Source of the DNA: Chiloscyllium plagiosum
Lineage: Eukaryota
Length of the DNA stretch: 64,000 nt
NCBI RefSeq assembly: GCF_004010195.1
Contig: NC_057719.1
Coordinates: 61,734,467 to 61,798,466 of the forward strand
Direction of reading: 5' to 3'
Shown: positions 37,730 to 52,468 of the stretch, piece by piece
Position numbering within the stretch: position 1 is the first letter of the stretch
Layout: each line of letters opens with the position of its first letter
Notes under the pieces: model-generated
Seen by the model: the letters and a program-made list of their open reading frames with translations, nothing else
Database searches by the model: none
Told to the model about the DNA's origin: nothing
Translations under genes and position numbers: made by a program

Positions 37730-40700
37730 TGCTGGAGAAATACAGCTCATGGTCACTCATTTTGGAGTGGGATATTGGAGCAGGAGGGGGAGGAGCCAGT
37801 TGTTGTGGTCCACGTTGGGACAAACAACATAGGCCGGGCTAAAAGGAGGACCTGTTTGGGGATTATCAAGCACTAGGAATGCAGTTAAGGTCCTCAAGAG
37901 TTACAATCTCTAGGTTACTACCTGACTCACGTGCAAATTGACTTAGGGATAAAAAAATTAGGAAAGTTAACACTTGGCTAAGGGAGTGGTATGGGAGAGA
38001 GGGATTCCGTTTCATGGGGCAATGGAATCAGTTTTGGAACGGAAGGATCTGTATCGATGGAACGATACAGATCTGTAACAAGTGTTCTAACGAAAAGGAT
38101 AAGTTGAGTGGTCACGAGGACTTTAAGCTAATGAATCGGGGGGAAGGGAAGAGGAAAATGACAGGAAGTATGATGGTAAATAAAAAGGTAAGCAACATGT
38201 GTACAGGTGGGTTTAAGTACAAGGCAGACTATGAAAGAAGTGGAAAGGAAAGATAATTCAGGAGATATTAGTGGAGATGTTGAAAATCATGGGGGCATGG
38301 AAACTAGAATAAGGGCACTTTATCCTCAATGCTCATAGCATTTGTAACAAGGTCAATGAGTTAACAGTACAAATCGTTGTGAATGAATGATTTAGTAGCC
38401 ATTATGAAGACATCATTACAGGATGGTGACAACTGGGATTTAAATATCCAGGGGTTTCAAACTATTCAGATGAACAGACAGGAAGGTAAGGGAGGCCGTG
38501 CAGCTCTGATATTCAAGGACAACATCAGGGTGTTGTTGAGAGATGATGAAGGTTTTATGGAGAATAAGGTTGAATCCATTTGGGTGGAAATTAGGAATTT
38601 AAGAAGGAAAAGTCACTAATAGGCATAGTCTATAGGTTACCAAATAATAACATCACAGTGGGGCAATAAACAATGAAACAACTAATGCCTGTAAAAATGG
38701 TATGACAATTATCATAAGGGATTTTAATATAAATGTCAATTGGTCCAACCAGCTTGGTCAGGTTAGCCTTGAGGAGGAGGTTGTTGAGTGTATCTGTGAT
38801 AGTTATCTTGAACAGCATGTAATGGAACCGACAAGGGAGCAAGCTATCCTAGATCTGGTCCTGTGTAATGAGTCAGGAATAATTAATACCTCATAGTTAG
38901 GGGTCCTCTTGGAAGGAGCAATCTCAGTACAATTGAATTTAGAATACAGATGGAGAGTGTGAAGATAAAATCCAATACCAGGGTCCTATGCTTCAAAAGG
39001 GAGACTACAATAGGATTAGGGAGGACTTGGCTAAAGTAGACTGGAAACAAAGACCTTATGGTGAAACAGTTGATGAACAGTGGAGGACTTTCAAAGCAAT
39101 TTTTCAAAGTACTCAGCAAAAGTATGTTCCAGTGAAAAAGAAGGACTTTAAGAAAAGGGGTCATCTGCCACAGGTGTCTAAGGAAATAAGGGAGGCTATC
39201 AAATTGAAAGAGAAGGCATACAAAGTCGCAGAGATCAGCTGGAAACTAGAAGATTGGGAAAGCTTTGAAGGTCAACAGAAACCCACAAAAAGAGCTATTA
39301 GAAAAAGTAAGATAGAACATGAGAAAAAAACCAGCCCAGAATATAAATACAGATAGCAAAGATTTCTATAAAATGAAAAATAATACCTAGAGTAAACATT
39401 GGTCCTTCAGAGGATGAGAAAGGGCATTTAGTCATGGGAGAAGATGAAATGGCTGAAGCATTGAACTGGCATTTTGAATTGGTCTTCACAGTGGAGGATG
39501 CGAATAACATACCAATAATTGACAGAGACGAAGGTAAGTGAGGACCTGGAAACAATCATTATTATGGAAGAGCTCCATTTGGGCAAGCTCATAGAGCTAA
39601 GGATAGATCAGTCTCTTGGCCCTAATGGAATGCATCCCAGGGTGCTAAAAGAGTTGGTGGGAGAAATAGCAAGTGCACTGGTGGTAATTTTCCAAAATTC
39701 ACTTGACTCTGGGGAAGTTCAAGTAGTTTGGAAAATTGCAAATGTGACACCACTGTTTAAAAAGGGAGATAGACAGAAGATGGGGAATTATAGACCAGTT
39801 AACTTATTGTATTGTGTCGTGGGGGAGATGCTTGAGTCTATTATCAAGGAAGAAATGGCAAGGCATCTAGATACAAATTGTCCCATTGGGCAGATGCAGC
39901 AATAGTTCATGAAGGACAGGCCACGCTTAACTAATGTTTTGGAATTCTATGAAGACATTACGAGCACGGTGGACAATAGGACCCAGTAGATGTGGTGTAT
40001 CTAGATTTCCAAAAGGCCTTCGATAAGGTGCCACACAAGTGGCTGCTGCATAAGCTAAATATGCATGGCTTTATGGGTAAATTATTAACATGGATAGAGG
40101 ATTGGTTGACTAACAGGAAGCAAAGAGTGAGGATAAATGAGTGTTATTCTGGTTGACAATCAGTAACTAGTGGTGTGCCTCAGGATCAGTGTTGGACCAC
40201 AATTATTCACAATTTACATGGATGATTCGGAATTGGGGACCACATGTAATGTGTCAAAGTTTGCAGATGACACTAAGATGAGTGGCAGAGCGAAGTGTGC
40301 AGAGGATTGTGAAACTTTGCAGAAGAACATAGATAGTGAGTGGGCAAAAGCCTGGCAGATGGAATATAATGTTAATAGATGTGAAGTCATCCAATTTAGT
40401 AGGAGTAACAATAAAAAGGACTATTACTTGAATGGTAAATAGTTGCCGCATGCTGCTATGCAGAGGGACCTGAGTGTCCTTGTGCATGAATCACAGAAGG
40501 TTGGTCTGCAAGTATAACAGGTAATTAGGAAGGCAAATGAAATTTTGCCCTTCATTGCTAAAGGGACTGAGTTTAAAAACAAGGAGATTATGTTGCAGCT
40601 ATACAGGGTGCTGGGGAGGCCACACCTGGGTAACTGCATGCGGTTTTGATCTCCTGATTTGAGAAAGGATGTACTAGCACTAGAGGGGTGCAGAGGAGGT

Positions 40701-41190
40701 TCACTTGGTTGATTGTGGAGTTGAGGGTGTTGGCTTATGGGGAGAGACTGAGTTGTCTGGGATTATATTCATTGGAATTTAGAAGAATGAGGGAGATCTT
40801 ATACAAACATATAAAATTATGAAGGGAGTAGATAAGATAGACGTAGAGAGGATGTTTGCACTGGCAGGTGAAACTAGGACAAGAGGGCATAGACTCAAAA
40901 TGAGGGGGAGCAGATTTAGGACTGAGTTGAGAAGGAACTTCTTCACCCAGAGGGTTGTGAATCTATGCAATTCCCTGCCCAGTGAAGTAGTTGAGACTAC
41001 TTCAGTAAATGTTTTTTAAAGCTGAAGTAGATTTTTTTTTTAACAATGAAGGAATAAAGGGTTTCAGTGAGAGGATGGGTAAGTGGAGCTAAGTCCACAA
41101 AAAGATCAGCTATGATCTTATTGAATGGCAGAGCATGTTCGAAGGACCAGATGACCTACTCCTGCTGCTAGTTCTTATGTTCTTATATTT
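37730..41190 (+). mobile_element. CR1 of a third subfamily (ORF1 esterase C-terminus, ORF2 EN-RT, 3' tail)
   Basis: VHVGTNNIG, RDFNINVNW, GNYRPVNL, DFQKAFDKVPH, FADDTK, (TTCTTATG)n tail. Confidence 0.9.
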
Positions 41191-42539
41191 TGCACCTAGA
41201 TAAAAGGCAGGTAGTAATTGAAAATCTTGGGGTGCTTTTCAGCCACTCAGTTGGTGTCTAAGGCTTATCTAATGTAATTCAGGCAAGGCTCGAAACCAGC
41301 AAGTGGACCACCTGCCTCAATAGGTAAAGGGCTTCTTAATAATGGAAATTAGGATCTTCAAACAATTGTAGGGCACTGATTACAAAACGTAGGTCAAGAT
41401 TTTACTAGATATTGATTGGCCTTCCCAGCAGTGCTAAAAAGACTCTGAAAGCTATTTTTCAAAAACAACTCAAGAAATTTAAAGTTCGTATTATTGTCAA
41501 CCGGCAAGGAATAGGAATTCATCTTTAGTGCCCATAAAATCTCCAGTCCACTGTCAGCCCACATGAGGCACTCCCTGAGACCCATGGCTGACTCAGCATT
41601 GGACTGGCTGATTTTTGTCCTCCCTGATATTGGTCCTATTCAAATTAAATCAATGTCAAATATACTTTGTGTCTTGGGCCACAATGATTAGTGTATGCAT
41701 TGACTTCACCTCAATACTTTACTGAAAATTTACGCACAAATCAAACCATGCTCCCATAATCTTGCTCATCCTCTGCTGTACTTTTTAGTGGGATTGCTGA
41801 ATTGCTGAAGTTGCAGTTTCTTGGATGTAATGCTAAAACTGGGTTCTTCGCCATCTTTTGGTGAGGTAATTTCTTCAGGAGATCTATCCAACATTTGTCC
41901 AACCACTATTGATTTATTGTTAGTGGGTCTTACAGTGACCAAATTGGCTGCTGTGACTACATAACAATGGTGACTATATTTCAAATGTCTGTTGCTGCTC
42001 GGAAATCTTGTTAAGTCATTATTAAAGTCGAAATTGGAGTAAAGTAACTTCAAAGCACATGTGACTTCTGCTTTGACCAAACAAAACCCTTCTAGCCCTC
42101 ATCCCTCACACACCCTTTTTCCCCCCCTCCACTCTCCATGACATTTCCTTGATTCCTTGCCTCCTCAGTACATCTCATAATTCCTCCAAAATTCTTCCAT
42201 TGGCCCCTGCAGCTTAAAGTATGCACTATATAACCAATAAACCAGATATGAATGACAAATCTTGAAATGAACTTTAAAAACACACATTCAAAAATCTTCT
42301 TTGAGAAGCGACTGCTCTTAAAACTCAAATAAAATGATGAGTCAGACAGAGCAATTGTAGACTAAATGGCAGAAGCTTTATTTCCCTACATACCTTTTAA
42401 TCTTGTATGTAGATATTGAAATAAAGGGTGCAAAACAACTTCATCGTAACCTTACAAAGTTATCAATCAATCAAAGCAAACACTCCATCACAATCTACAA
42501 AAATTGACCAAGTCCAAGTGAATCTATTCGCAGAACCCC

Positions 42540-42870
42540 TATAGTGTGAAAACAAGTCCTTCAGTCAAGCAAGTCCATGCCAACCCTCCAAAGAGTTACC
42601 CACCCAGACCCATTCCCCTACAATTGCCCTTGACTAATGCACCTAACCTAAACATCCCTGAATACTATAGACAATTTAGCATGGCCAATCCACCTAACCT
42701 GCACATCTTTGGATTGCAGGAGGAAACAGGAACACCCAGAGGAAACCCACACAGACACAAGGAGAATGTGCAAACTCTACACAGACAGTTGCCTGAGGCA
42801 ACCGGAATTGAACCCGGTTCCCTGGAACTGTGAGGCAGCAGTGCTAACCACCTAACCACCATGCCACCCT
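42540..42870 (-). mobile_element. HE1/V-SINE-type tRNA SINE
   Basis: Homologous to 22428-22749; B box GGTTCAATTCC. Confidence 0.85.
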
Positions 42871-43107
42871 TTTAATGAGTGCAAGAGCTCCCAGCATTCA
42901 TAATAAGGCTATCTGTCTGGCGAAGCAGATGTTTGGTCAAAGATAAAGTTCACAGAATTGAATTACAGCCTGGGAGAAAGACACTAAATAGCAGTTAAAA
43001 ATACATTTCTGAAAGATCATGTTGACATAACCATGCTGACCAACCTCATGACAATTTATGAACAGGGAGTCTCAGACATTCCTCCTGTTACAGAAACCAA
43101 ATTTCAC

Positions 43108-43905
43108 AGTCATAGGGTCATAGGGTTATCGAGATGTGCAGCATGGAAAAAGACCCTTTGGTCCAACCCGTTCATGCCAACCAGACATCCCAACCTAAAT
43201 CTCAACCCACTTGCCAGCACCCGGCTCATATCGCTCCAAACCCTTCTTATTCATATACCCATCCAGATGCCTTTTAAATGTTGCAATTGTACCAGCCTCC
43301 ACCACTTCATCTGACAGCTCATTCCATACATGTACCACTGTCTGCATGAAAAAGTTGTCCCTTAGGTCTCTTTTAGATCTTTCTCCTCACACCCTAGACC
43401 TATGCCCTCTAGTTCTAAATTCCCCCATCCCAGGAAAAAGACCTTGTCTATTTATCCTATCTATGCCCCTCATGATTTTATAAATCTCTACAAGGTCACC
43501 CCTCAGCCTTCAATGTTCCAGGGAAAATAGCCTCGGCCTATTCAACCTCTCCTTATAGCTCAAATCCTCCAACCCTGGCAACATCCTTGTAAATTTTTTC
43601 TGAACATCAAGTTTCACAACATCCTTCCGATAGAAAGGAGACCAGAATTGCACGAAACATTCCAAAAGTGGCCTAACCAACGTCTATAGCCGCAACATGA
43701 CCTCCCAACACCTGACCAATAAAGGAAAGTATACCAAATGCCTTCTTCACTATCCTATCTACCTGTGACTCCACTTTCAAAGAGCTATGAACATGCACTC
43801 CAAGGTCTCTTTGTTCAGTAACACTCCCTCGGACCTTACCATTAAGTGTATAAGTCCTGCTAAGATTTGCTTTCCAAAATGCAGCACCTGGCATTTATCT
43901 AAATT
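43108..43905 (-). mobile_element. 5'-truncated CR1
   Basis: KANLSRTYTLNGKV..QRDLGV and the same 3' end as 36533-37528. Confidence 0.9.
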
Positions 43906-44309
43906 CAAGTTATTCTCGGGTGTTGTTACTAACTTATTTTTCTGGGATGAGTTAGGCTTTTGTCAAAAGCTGGAAGAAATGAGAATCTTAGGGCATAGGT
44001 CGACATCTCAGCATACAGCCATTAACAATAAAGTCTTCAATCCAGTGCCATGGCATTTTTCCATAGATACAGTCAACCGCATTTCATTCTTTCACACTAA
44101 TCTTGTAATTTGTAAGAGTACTGTAACTGAAAAAAATACTTGCTACTCCTGATTAGCAAACTTAAAATGTATGTGTGAACATCCAGAGAGAAAATGATCT
44201 GATGTGGCTGTTACTTTTCCCACGTTTCCATTGCAGACTAGACAATAGACTCAGCACAAAAGGTAATAATTTAGTATGATGGATAAGAGCAACTTGGACA
44301 AGGATGAAT

Positions 44310-44460
44310 CACTATTCTGAAGAAGGGTCACTGGACTCAGAACATTAACTCTGGTTTGTCTTCCTAGCTGCTGCCAGACCGACTGATCCTTTCCAGCAAT
44401 TTCAGTTTTTGTTCTTGTTTCTGATTTCCAGCATCCACAGTTCTTTTGATTTTTTGAATC
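44310..44460 (+). mobile_element. Solo Penelope terminal repeat starting at a decayed hammerhead motif
   Basis: CTGAAGAAGGGTCACTGGACTCAGAACATTAACT followed by a tail like 57180-57285. Confidence 0.7.
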
Positions 44461-46019
44461 ATTATTAAGGTAGGTTGAATGGAGTAGATAATATTGGCAA
44501 AATAATAGAAAAATACAATTACCAGCCTTCAGCACCAGCACTGCGTCACCTATTCTAGTTAATACAAATACACCCAATGTAAATTACTTTGGAACAGATT
44601 GATTTGGACTTGTTCATAGACATTTTAAGGGCTTGTAAATAGCAGATTCTTGTCAACTGAAGAGTTAGAAAAAAAGTGCAACACTTTATGCAGAGGATCT
44701 AGAACCCATTTGAAAGAACAAGGAACTTTGTCCCAACTTTGTATCTCATCAGTCAGAATGAATAATAAACAGCACAGTGTCTGTTTAGCAGTAGTTAAGA
44801 CTCACCACCACAATAAAAAAAGTGACTTACACCACTGCGACCAGGCCCTAACCTCTTCTAGAAGTTCACATTGGTTATATAAAGAATACCACTATACACC
44901 ATATGACATATTAGAATCTGGGGCTAAATCATACTTTTTTTTTGCTAAGCACAAGATATATCAAGTTTTTCACCTCAAAGCCTAATGAAATTTCTCATGG
45001 TATTTTACTAAACTCACCTCAGCAACTTTCTACCAGACCCTTAGGGAGTCCCTCATGTCTGATTCCAGCCTCACCTTACCACATGCCATTCCTGAAACAA
45101 CTTGTCATAGCAGGATGTTGTGGAATTAACCAGCATCCCTTGTGCCAATGCCATTTTAAAAACCCATTGTGCACCCAGACCAGCACTGTCAGTCTGGAGC
45201 TGTCCTGACAATTGCACCAGGCACAAAATGCTGGCACCCTGCTTTGCAGGCTGATATCTGGAGGTCCAGCAGGATGGGATAGTGCAGACGTGGGATTTCT
45301 TCTTGCCCAAGACCAGTAGTGGAGGCCACAACACCAGACCATGCCAGCTTGATCTGGGCTTACCACCCAGATTAAACCAGTCTTAGCTATTTGGAGGAAT
45401 GCCCAGGTCAATAATCATCTCTATTTCACCACCGTAAATGCTATCATCTTCCCCCCAATATGTCACACACATTCTACCTCAGTTACTGTACTCACCTTCA
45501 ACTGAGGCTCATGCTCCACCATGCTCACTATTAATTGCCTAAAACGTCGACCATCATTTGCTGTCACCCACCCAGTCTCTGATATCACTAACCCTACATG
45601 CCCTCTGCACTGTCTCCTCACTCATTCAAGACATCTCCACACCTGTACCAAAAGTAACAGCTGTGCCACCCACTTTCACCTCTGTTAACAGGTGCCTCTC
45701 CTGTTAGGGCATTTCCTAATACCCTCCACCATTGACTCTGAAACTTCCAGCAGGCAAGACCGAAGAGGTTGCCACTGCGCAAGTGTAGGAGAGCTCCATT
45801 AGGCTGGCAACCTCAAGGCCCCATGCCTCCAGAGGACAAATACCATGGGCATCCAAGAAATCAGGACATCACAGCTAGCAGACTACCTCACTTCAGCTGC
45901 TGATGTCCAAATAGCATCTGGACATAATGGAAGAAAAAGGAAAGTTAAAATGCATGAGCACAAATAATGGGCACAAAACTATGACAGTGGGTGATTTATC
46001 CATCTATTTCACATGTAGA

Positions 46020-46024
<5 letters not shown>

Positions 46025-46058
<34 letters not shown>
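46025..46058. repeat. (TA)n microsatellite
   Basis: Directly visible. Confidence 0.95.
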
Positions 46059-46065
<7 letters not shown>

Positions 46066-46389
46066 CATTTATATAACCATGCATACATAATGACACATAG
46101 TAGAGTCTGTCACAACAGCAGATGTAATGGTCATGGCACACCCCATGTTTTTCACAAACTGATGGTTGCAGAGGAGATGAGGACTTAAACATTATTTTTG
46201 AATGAAAAATATTGCATTTCAATGTATTCTTCATTGAATGTTCACGTGAATTGTTACATCTGTGATGATCAATCCTTGTGACGTGACTTAAAATTCAGCC
46301 ACAGCTGGTCCCCATCTATTTCTCTGGAGGATATTGGCTAACTTAAACTCGCTAATGAGACAGATGCACTTCCATTAATGCACTTTAAA

Positions 46390-46960
46390 GATGGGGAGGC
46401 AATGACATTGCAGTACTGAGACTGAACCAGTGATGCTCTGGGGACATGGGCTTCTCTTTCACAAAAACAGATGGTGAAATTTGAATTTAATTAATAAATT
46501 ATGAATTAAAATCGAGTCTAACATGACCATGATCCAATTGCCGACTGTCATAAAACTCACTGATGTCCTTTAAGGATGGAAAATCTGCCATCCTCACCTA
46601 GTCTACATTTAACTCCAGATCTACAACAATGTGGTTGACTCTTAAATGCCTGTTCAAATGGCGTAGCAACCCACTCATGCATTTAACAATGTCTCATAAA
46701 AAGAATGGACAGGATGAACAACCATTGGAAACAACAGCAGCAAAATCAGCTGACCCTCCAAAGTCCTCCTTATTAACATCTGGTGACACATGTCACAGCT
46801 GGCAGAGCTGTTCCACAGGCTAGTTAAGCAATATCCTGAAATAATTATTCTCACAGAATCATATCTGGAGACAATATCACAGAACCACAATCATTTTCAT
46901 TGTACTGCAAAGAGAACAGCCCACCAAAAAGGGAGTTACCGTGTGAGTTCTCAACATTGA
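46390..46960 (+). mobile_element. Old tRNA SINE-like head followed by a LINE endonuclease-like segment
   Basis: Similar to 25530-25890, then IIILTESYL..TI EN-like motif at ~46840-46880. Confidence 0.5.
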
Positions 46961-48019
46961 AGACAAGCTCTATTCTAAGCTTTAGAGCACCAGATATTTT
47001 CTAAATTCCAGAGGACACAGGACAATTCCAACAGCTGTAATGTGTCTGCTGGAATTTTTCTGCTGGGGTTCAGATTTTGTTTTCCTGTTATAAAATTACA
47101 CACAGTACAGAACTGAAACAAGCCCTGCAGTCTCTGCTTCTGTTAATGCTCCTCAGGAGTCTCTTCTGATCTTCATCAGCATCTCCTGCTGTTTCTTTTT
47201 AGATATCTTTTTCGAATCAATCAGTTCAGTGATGTTATGATTCACCTCTGGTGCAGATGTGACTTGAACCTGAGCTCCTGGTTCAGAGGTATAGATATTG
47301 CACCACAAGAACCCCTGCTATGCCTTCTTTTACGATATTTCAAATCAACCTATTCAGAAATGCTACGGTACACCCATGGAGCCTCCTGGTCCAGAGGTTG
47401 GACACAACTACTGCACCACAAGTTCTCTCTGCTATGCCTTTCTCACTCATCTGCTTAACTAGCTTCACCTTTACTGCTTCAATACTATCTGCCTTAACCA
47501 TTCCTCGTGGTTGTAAGTTTCACATTCTTACCATTCTCTAAATGAATATGTTTTTCTGATATATCTGGTAGGGAATTAGATGACAATTTTATTTTTACAG
47601 TCACAAGTTTTAATCTCTTCCGGAATTAGAAATATGTTTCTTCCATCCATAATATCAAACACCATCATAATCTCAAAGACCTCTATCAGGTCACCGCTAA
47701 ACTTTCACTTTTCATGAATAAAGAGAGGCAGCTTTTTCAAACTTTCCTAGTGATAGGTTTTCTTGTCTCACTTTGTAGATCTATTTTTACACCTTCTTTA
47801 GTGCCTCTATTTTATTTATATAATATATAATCAATAATATGTCGTTTGGTAAGAAGAGAAAATGTAAAATATAAGGGTATAATCCTGAAGAGGGACTTGG
47901 CTGCGTATGTGCATTGAGGGTGGCAGGACAGGATTGAGAGAGCAGTTAAAAAAGTTACAGTTTCCCAGGATCTATTAATAGAGACATAGTGTACAAGGCA
48001 AAGGAGTTCATATCAACAA

Positions 48020-49250
48020 GATCAAAATGTTTCACATCTGGAGATCTGAAATATATATGAAGAATGCTAAAAAGTCAGCAAGTCTGACACCAGCTGGAGA
48101 GGGAGAAACAGATTTAACATTTTGAGTCCAGTGTGACTTTTATCTGGAGCTGAAGAGAGGTCAAAATGTAATGGGTTTTATGCTGTTGATAAAGGTTTGA
48201 AGGAGCAAGTGAAACAAAAGGGAAATGTGTGGGGGAGAGTAAATTCCAAAGTTGTTATGGAACAAACAGCAATCAGAGTGCCAATGGTGGGGGTAAAGAA
48301 ACAAAGCAATAATCTCGAGTAGGTGTTAGCAGAAGAACAACGGTTAGTTCTCTGAAAAGCAAAAGCAATAATATGCAGACTGGCACCTAGGGGGTAAAAG
48401 AATCAAAATGGAGGACAGCGATCATGGTCTGAAGTTGTTGAAAAAATGCTTGAATTCAGAAGGCTGTTTCATAAGTCTGTGTTGGGCTTCACTGTAACAT
48501 TGCAATGGTCTGAGGACAGAAATGTGAACACAAGAGTAAGGTTTGGAGTTAAACAGGCAAGGAGCCAAATGGTTGGAGTCACACCTGGGAACTGAGTGTT
48601 GGCGTTCCATAAAATGGTCAGTCTCCCCACATTTGAATAGATCACATTGTGAGTGGCAAATACAGTAAACTAAATTGAAATAAGCACAAGAAAATCTCTG
48701 CTCAGTTGGAAGGAGTGTTTGGGGCCCTTGACAGTGAACAGAAAGGAGGAAAAAGGGAATGTATTATATATTTTGCCATTGCATGGGAAGGTACCATGGG
48801 AAGGGGTGATACATTGGGGAGTAGGAGATAGAGGTATGAACCAAGGTTCATGGAGGGAACAGTCAATTCAGAATGTTGACAGGGTGGGAAGGGCATGACA
48901 TATTTAATGATGGTATGTTTCTGGATATGGCATAAATGTTGGTGGATGATCATGGTTCTGGGATGGAGAGATAAGAGTGAGAGGACAAGCGCAGGAAATG
49001 GGTTGGACACAGTTGAAGGTAAAAGTAGATGCCAGCACTAGTGCAATCATTGAAGAACCAGAAAGAGAATACTTGGTGGAGACCTGAGTAGAATTGGAAT
49101 AAAGGAATGTTTCACATAGCTCACAAAAGGACAGACAGAACAATACTCATGGAGTATTCAAAAAGAAAGTACTGGAGATACTCAGCAGTTCTTGCAGCAT
49201 CTGTGGAGAGAAACAGTATTAACGTTTTGAATGTGATCTGACTCTTCATT
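48020..49250 (-). mobile_element. Decayed Penelope-like element with terminal repeats at both ends
   Basis: Tail-like segments at ~48030-48150 and ~49160-49250; GIY-YIG-like region similar to 23750-24250. Confidence 0.7.
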
Positions 49251-49795
49251 AGACACTAGAGAGTGCAGGAAAAATATACAAGAATTGATTAAGGGATGTG
49301 GATCTTCAGCGACATTGATAGATTAAAGAGGTTGGGACTATTTTCCATGGAGAAGAGAAGATTGACCTGAAATTTGATAGCGGGGTCATACAGTCATAGA
49401 ATCATAGAGATGTACAGCATGGAAACAGACCCTTCGGTCCAACCCGTCCATGCCAACCAGATATCCCAACCTAATCTAGTCCCACCTGCCAGCACCTGGC
49501 CCATTTCCCTCCAAACCTTTCCTATTCATATACCCATCCAAATGCCTCTTAAATGTTGCAATTGTACTAGCCTCCACCACCTCCTCCAGCAGCTCATTCC
49601 ATACATGTACCACACTCTGCGTGAAAAGGTTGCACCTTAGGTCTCTTTTATATCTTACCTGTCTAACCCTAAAACTATGCCCTCTCATTCTGGACTCCCC
49701 AACCCTAGGGAAAAGACTTTGTCTATTTATCCTATCCATGCCCCTCATAATTTTGTAAACCTCTATAAGGTCACCCCTCAGTCTCCGACGCTCCA

Positions 49796-49942
49796 NNNNN
49801 NNNNNNNNNNNNNNNNNNNNNNNNNNNNNNNNNNNNNNNNNNNNNNNNNNNNNNNNNNNNNNNNNNNNNNNNNNNNNNNNNNNNNNNNNNNNNNNNNNNN
49901 NNNNNNNNNNNNNNNNNNNNNNNNNNNNNNNNNNNNNNNNNN
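49796..49942. other. Assembly gap (N run)
   Basis: Run of N. Confidence 1.
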
Positions 49943-51704
49943 TATAAGTCCTGCTAAGATTTGCTTTCCCAAAATGCAGGACCTCGCATTTATCTGAATT
50001 AAACTTCATCTGCCACTTCTCAGCCCATTGGCCCATCTGGTCCAGATTTGAGGTAACTCTCTTCGCTGTCCAGTACACCTTCAATTTTGGTGTCATCTGC
50101 AAACTTACTAACTCGCATCCAAATTATTTATGTAAATGACAAAAAGTAGAGGGCCCGGCACCAATCCTTGTGGCACTCCACAGGTCACAGGCCTCCAGTC
50201 TGAAAAACCACCCTCTGTCTTCTACCTTTGAGCCAGTTCTGTATCCAAATCGCTAGTTCTCCCTGTATTCAATGAGATCTAATCTTGCTAATCAGTCTGC
50301 CATGGGGAACCTTGTCAAACGCCTTACTGAAGTTCATATAGATCACATCTATTGCTTTGCCCTCATCAATCCTCTTTGTTACTTCTTCAAAAAACTCACT
50401 CAAGTTTGTGAGACATGATTTCCCACACACAAAGCCATGTTGACTATCCTTAATCAGTCCTTGCCTTTCCAAATACATGTACATCCTGTCCCTCAGGATT
50501 CCCTTCAACAACTTGCCCACCACCGATGTCAGGCTCACCGGTCTTTAGTTTCCTGGCTTGTCTTTACTGCCCTTCTTAAACAGTGGCACCACGTTTGTCA
50601 ACCTCCAGCCTTCCACCACCTCACCTGTGACTATCGATGATACAAATATCTCAGCAAGAGGCCCAGCAATCACTTCTCAAGCTTCCCACAGAGTTCTCGG
50701 GTACATCTGATCAGATCCTGGGGATTTATCCACCCTTACCCATTTCAAGTCATCCAGCACTTCCTCCTCTGTAATCTGGACATTTTGCAAGATGTCACCA
50801 TCGATTTCCCTGCAGTCTATATCTTCCATATCCTTTTCCACAGTAAATACTGATGCAAAATATTCATTAAGTATCTCCCCCATTTTCTGTGACTCCACAC
50901 AAAGGCCACCTTGCTGATCTTTGAGGGGCCCAATTCTCTCCCCAGTTACCCTTTTGTCCTTAATATATTTCTAAAAACTCTTTGGATTCTCTTTAACCCT
51001 ATTTGCCAAAGCTATCTCATGTCCCCTTTTTGCCCTCCTGATTTCCTTTTAAGTATACTCCTACTTCCTTCTTTTTCTGAACCAAACCCTTAATTTCTTT
51101 AGTCATCCAGCATTCCCTATACCTACCAGCCTTTCCTTTCACCCTAACAGGAATATACTTGCCCTGGATTCTCGTTATCTCATTTCTGAAGGCTTCCCAT
51201 TTTCCAGCCGTCTCTTTACCTGCGAACATCTGCCTCCAATCAGCTTTCAAAAGTTCTTGCCTAATACCGTCAAAAATGGCCTTTCTCCAATTTAGAACTT
51301 CAACTTTTAGATCTGGTCTATCTTTTTCCATCACTATTTTAAATCAAATAGAATTATGGTCGCTGGCCCACTGACACCTCAGTCACCTGCCCTGCCTTAG
51401 TTACCAAGAGTAGGTCAAGTTTTACACCTTCTCTAGTAGGTACATCCACATACTGAATCAGAAAATTGTCTTGTACACACTTAACAAATTCCTCTCCATC
51501 TAAACCTTTAACACTATGTCAGTCCCAGTCGATGTTTGGAAAGTTAAAATCCCCTACCATAACTACCCTATTATTCTTACAGACAGCTGAGATCTCCTTA
51601 CAAGTTTGTTTCTCAATTTCCCTCTGATTATTAGGGGGTCTATAATACAATCCCAATAAGGTGAACATCCCTTTCTTATTTCTCAGTGCCACCCAAATAA
51701 CTTC

Positions 51705-51775
51705 CCTGGATGTATTTCTGGGAATATCCTCCCTCAGCACCTGGATGTATTTCTGGGAATATCCTCCCTCAGCAC
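51705..51775. repeat. 35-bp perfect tandem duplication inside CR1 EN domain
   Basis: CCTGGATGTATTTCTGGGAATATCCTCCCTCAGCA twice; frameshifts ORF2. Confidence 0.92.
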
Positions 51776-52285
51776 AACTATAATGCTATCCCTTATCAAA
51801 AATGACCCTCCCCCTCCTCTCTTGCCTCCCTTTCTATCCTTCCGGTAGCATTTGTATCCTGGAACATTTAGCCCTGCCCATCCCCGAGCCATGTTTTCGT
51901 AATTGCTATGATATCCCAGTCCCATGTTTCTAGCCATGCCCTGAGTTCATCTGCCTTCCCTGTTAGGCCCCTTGCATTAAAATAAATGCAGTTTCATTTA
52001 TTAATCCTACCTTGTCCCTGCCTGCCTTGACTGTTTGACTCACTTCTGTTCTCAGCTGTACCCGTCTCAGATCGATCTCTTTCCTCACTATCTCCCTGGG
52101 TCCCACCCCCCCATTTTACTAGTTTAAATCCTCCCGAGCAGTTCTAGCAAATTTCCCTGCCAGTATATTAGTCCCCTTCCAATTTAGGTGCAATCCGTCC
52201 TTCTTGTACAGGTCACTTCTACCCCAAAAGAGATTCCAATGATCCAAAAATGTGAATCCTTCTCCCATACACCAGTCCTCAGCCA

Positions 52286-52468
52286 NNNNNNNNNNNNNNN
52301 NNNNNNNNNNNNNNNNNNNNNNNNNNNNNNNNNNNNNNNNNNNNNNNNNNNNNNNNNNNNNNNNNNNNNNNNNNNNNNNNNNNNNNNNNNNNNNNNNNNN
52401 NNNNNNNNNNNNNNNNNNNNNNNNNNNNNNNNNNNNNNNNNNNNNNNNNNNNNNNNNNNNNNNNNNNN
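52286..52468. other. Assembly gap (N run)
   Basis: Run of N. Confidence 1.
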
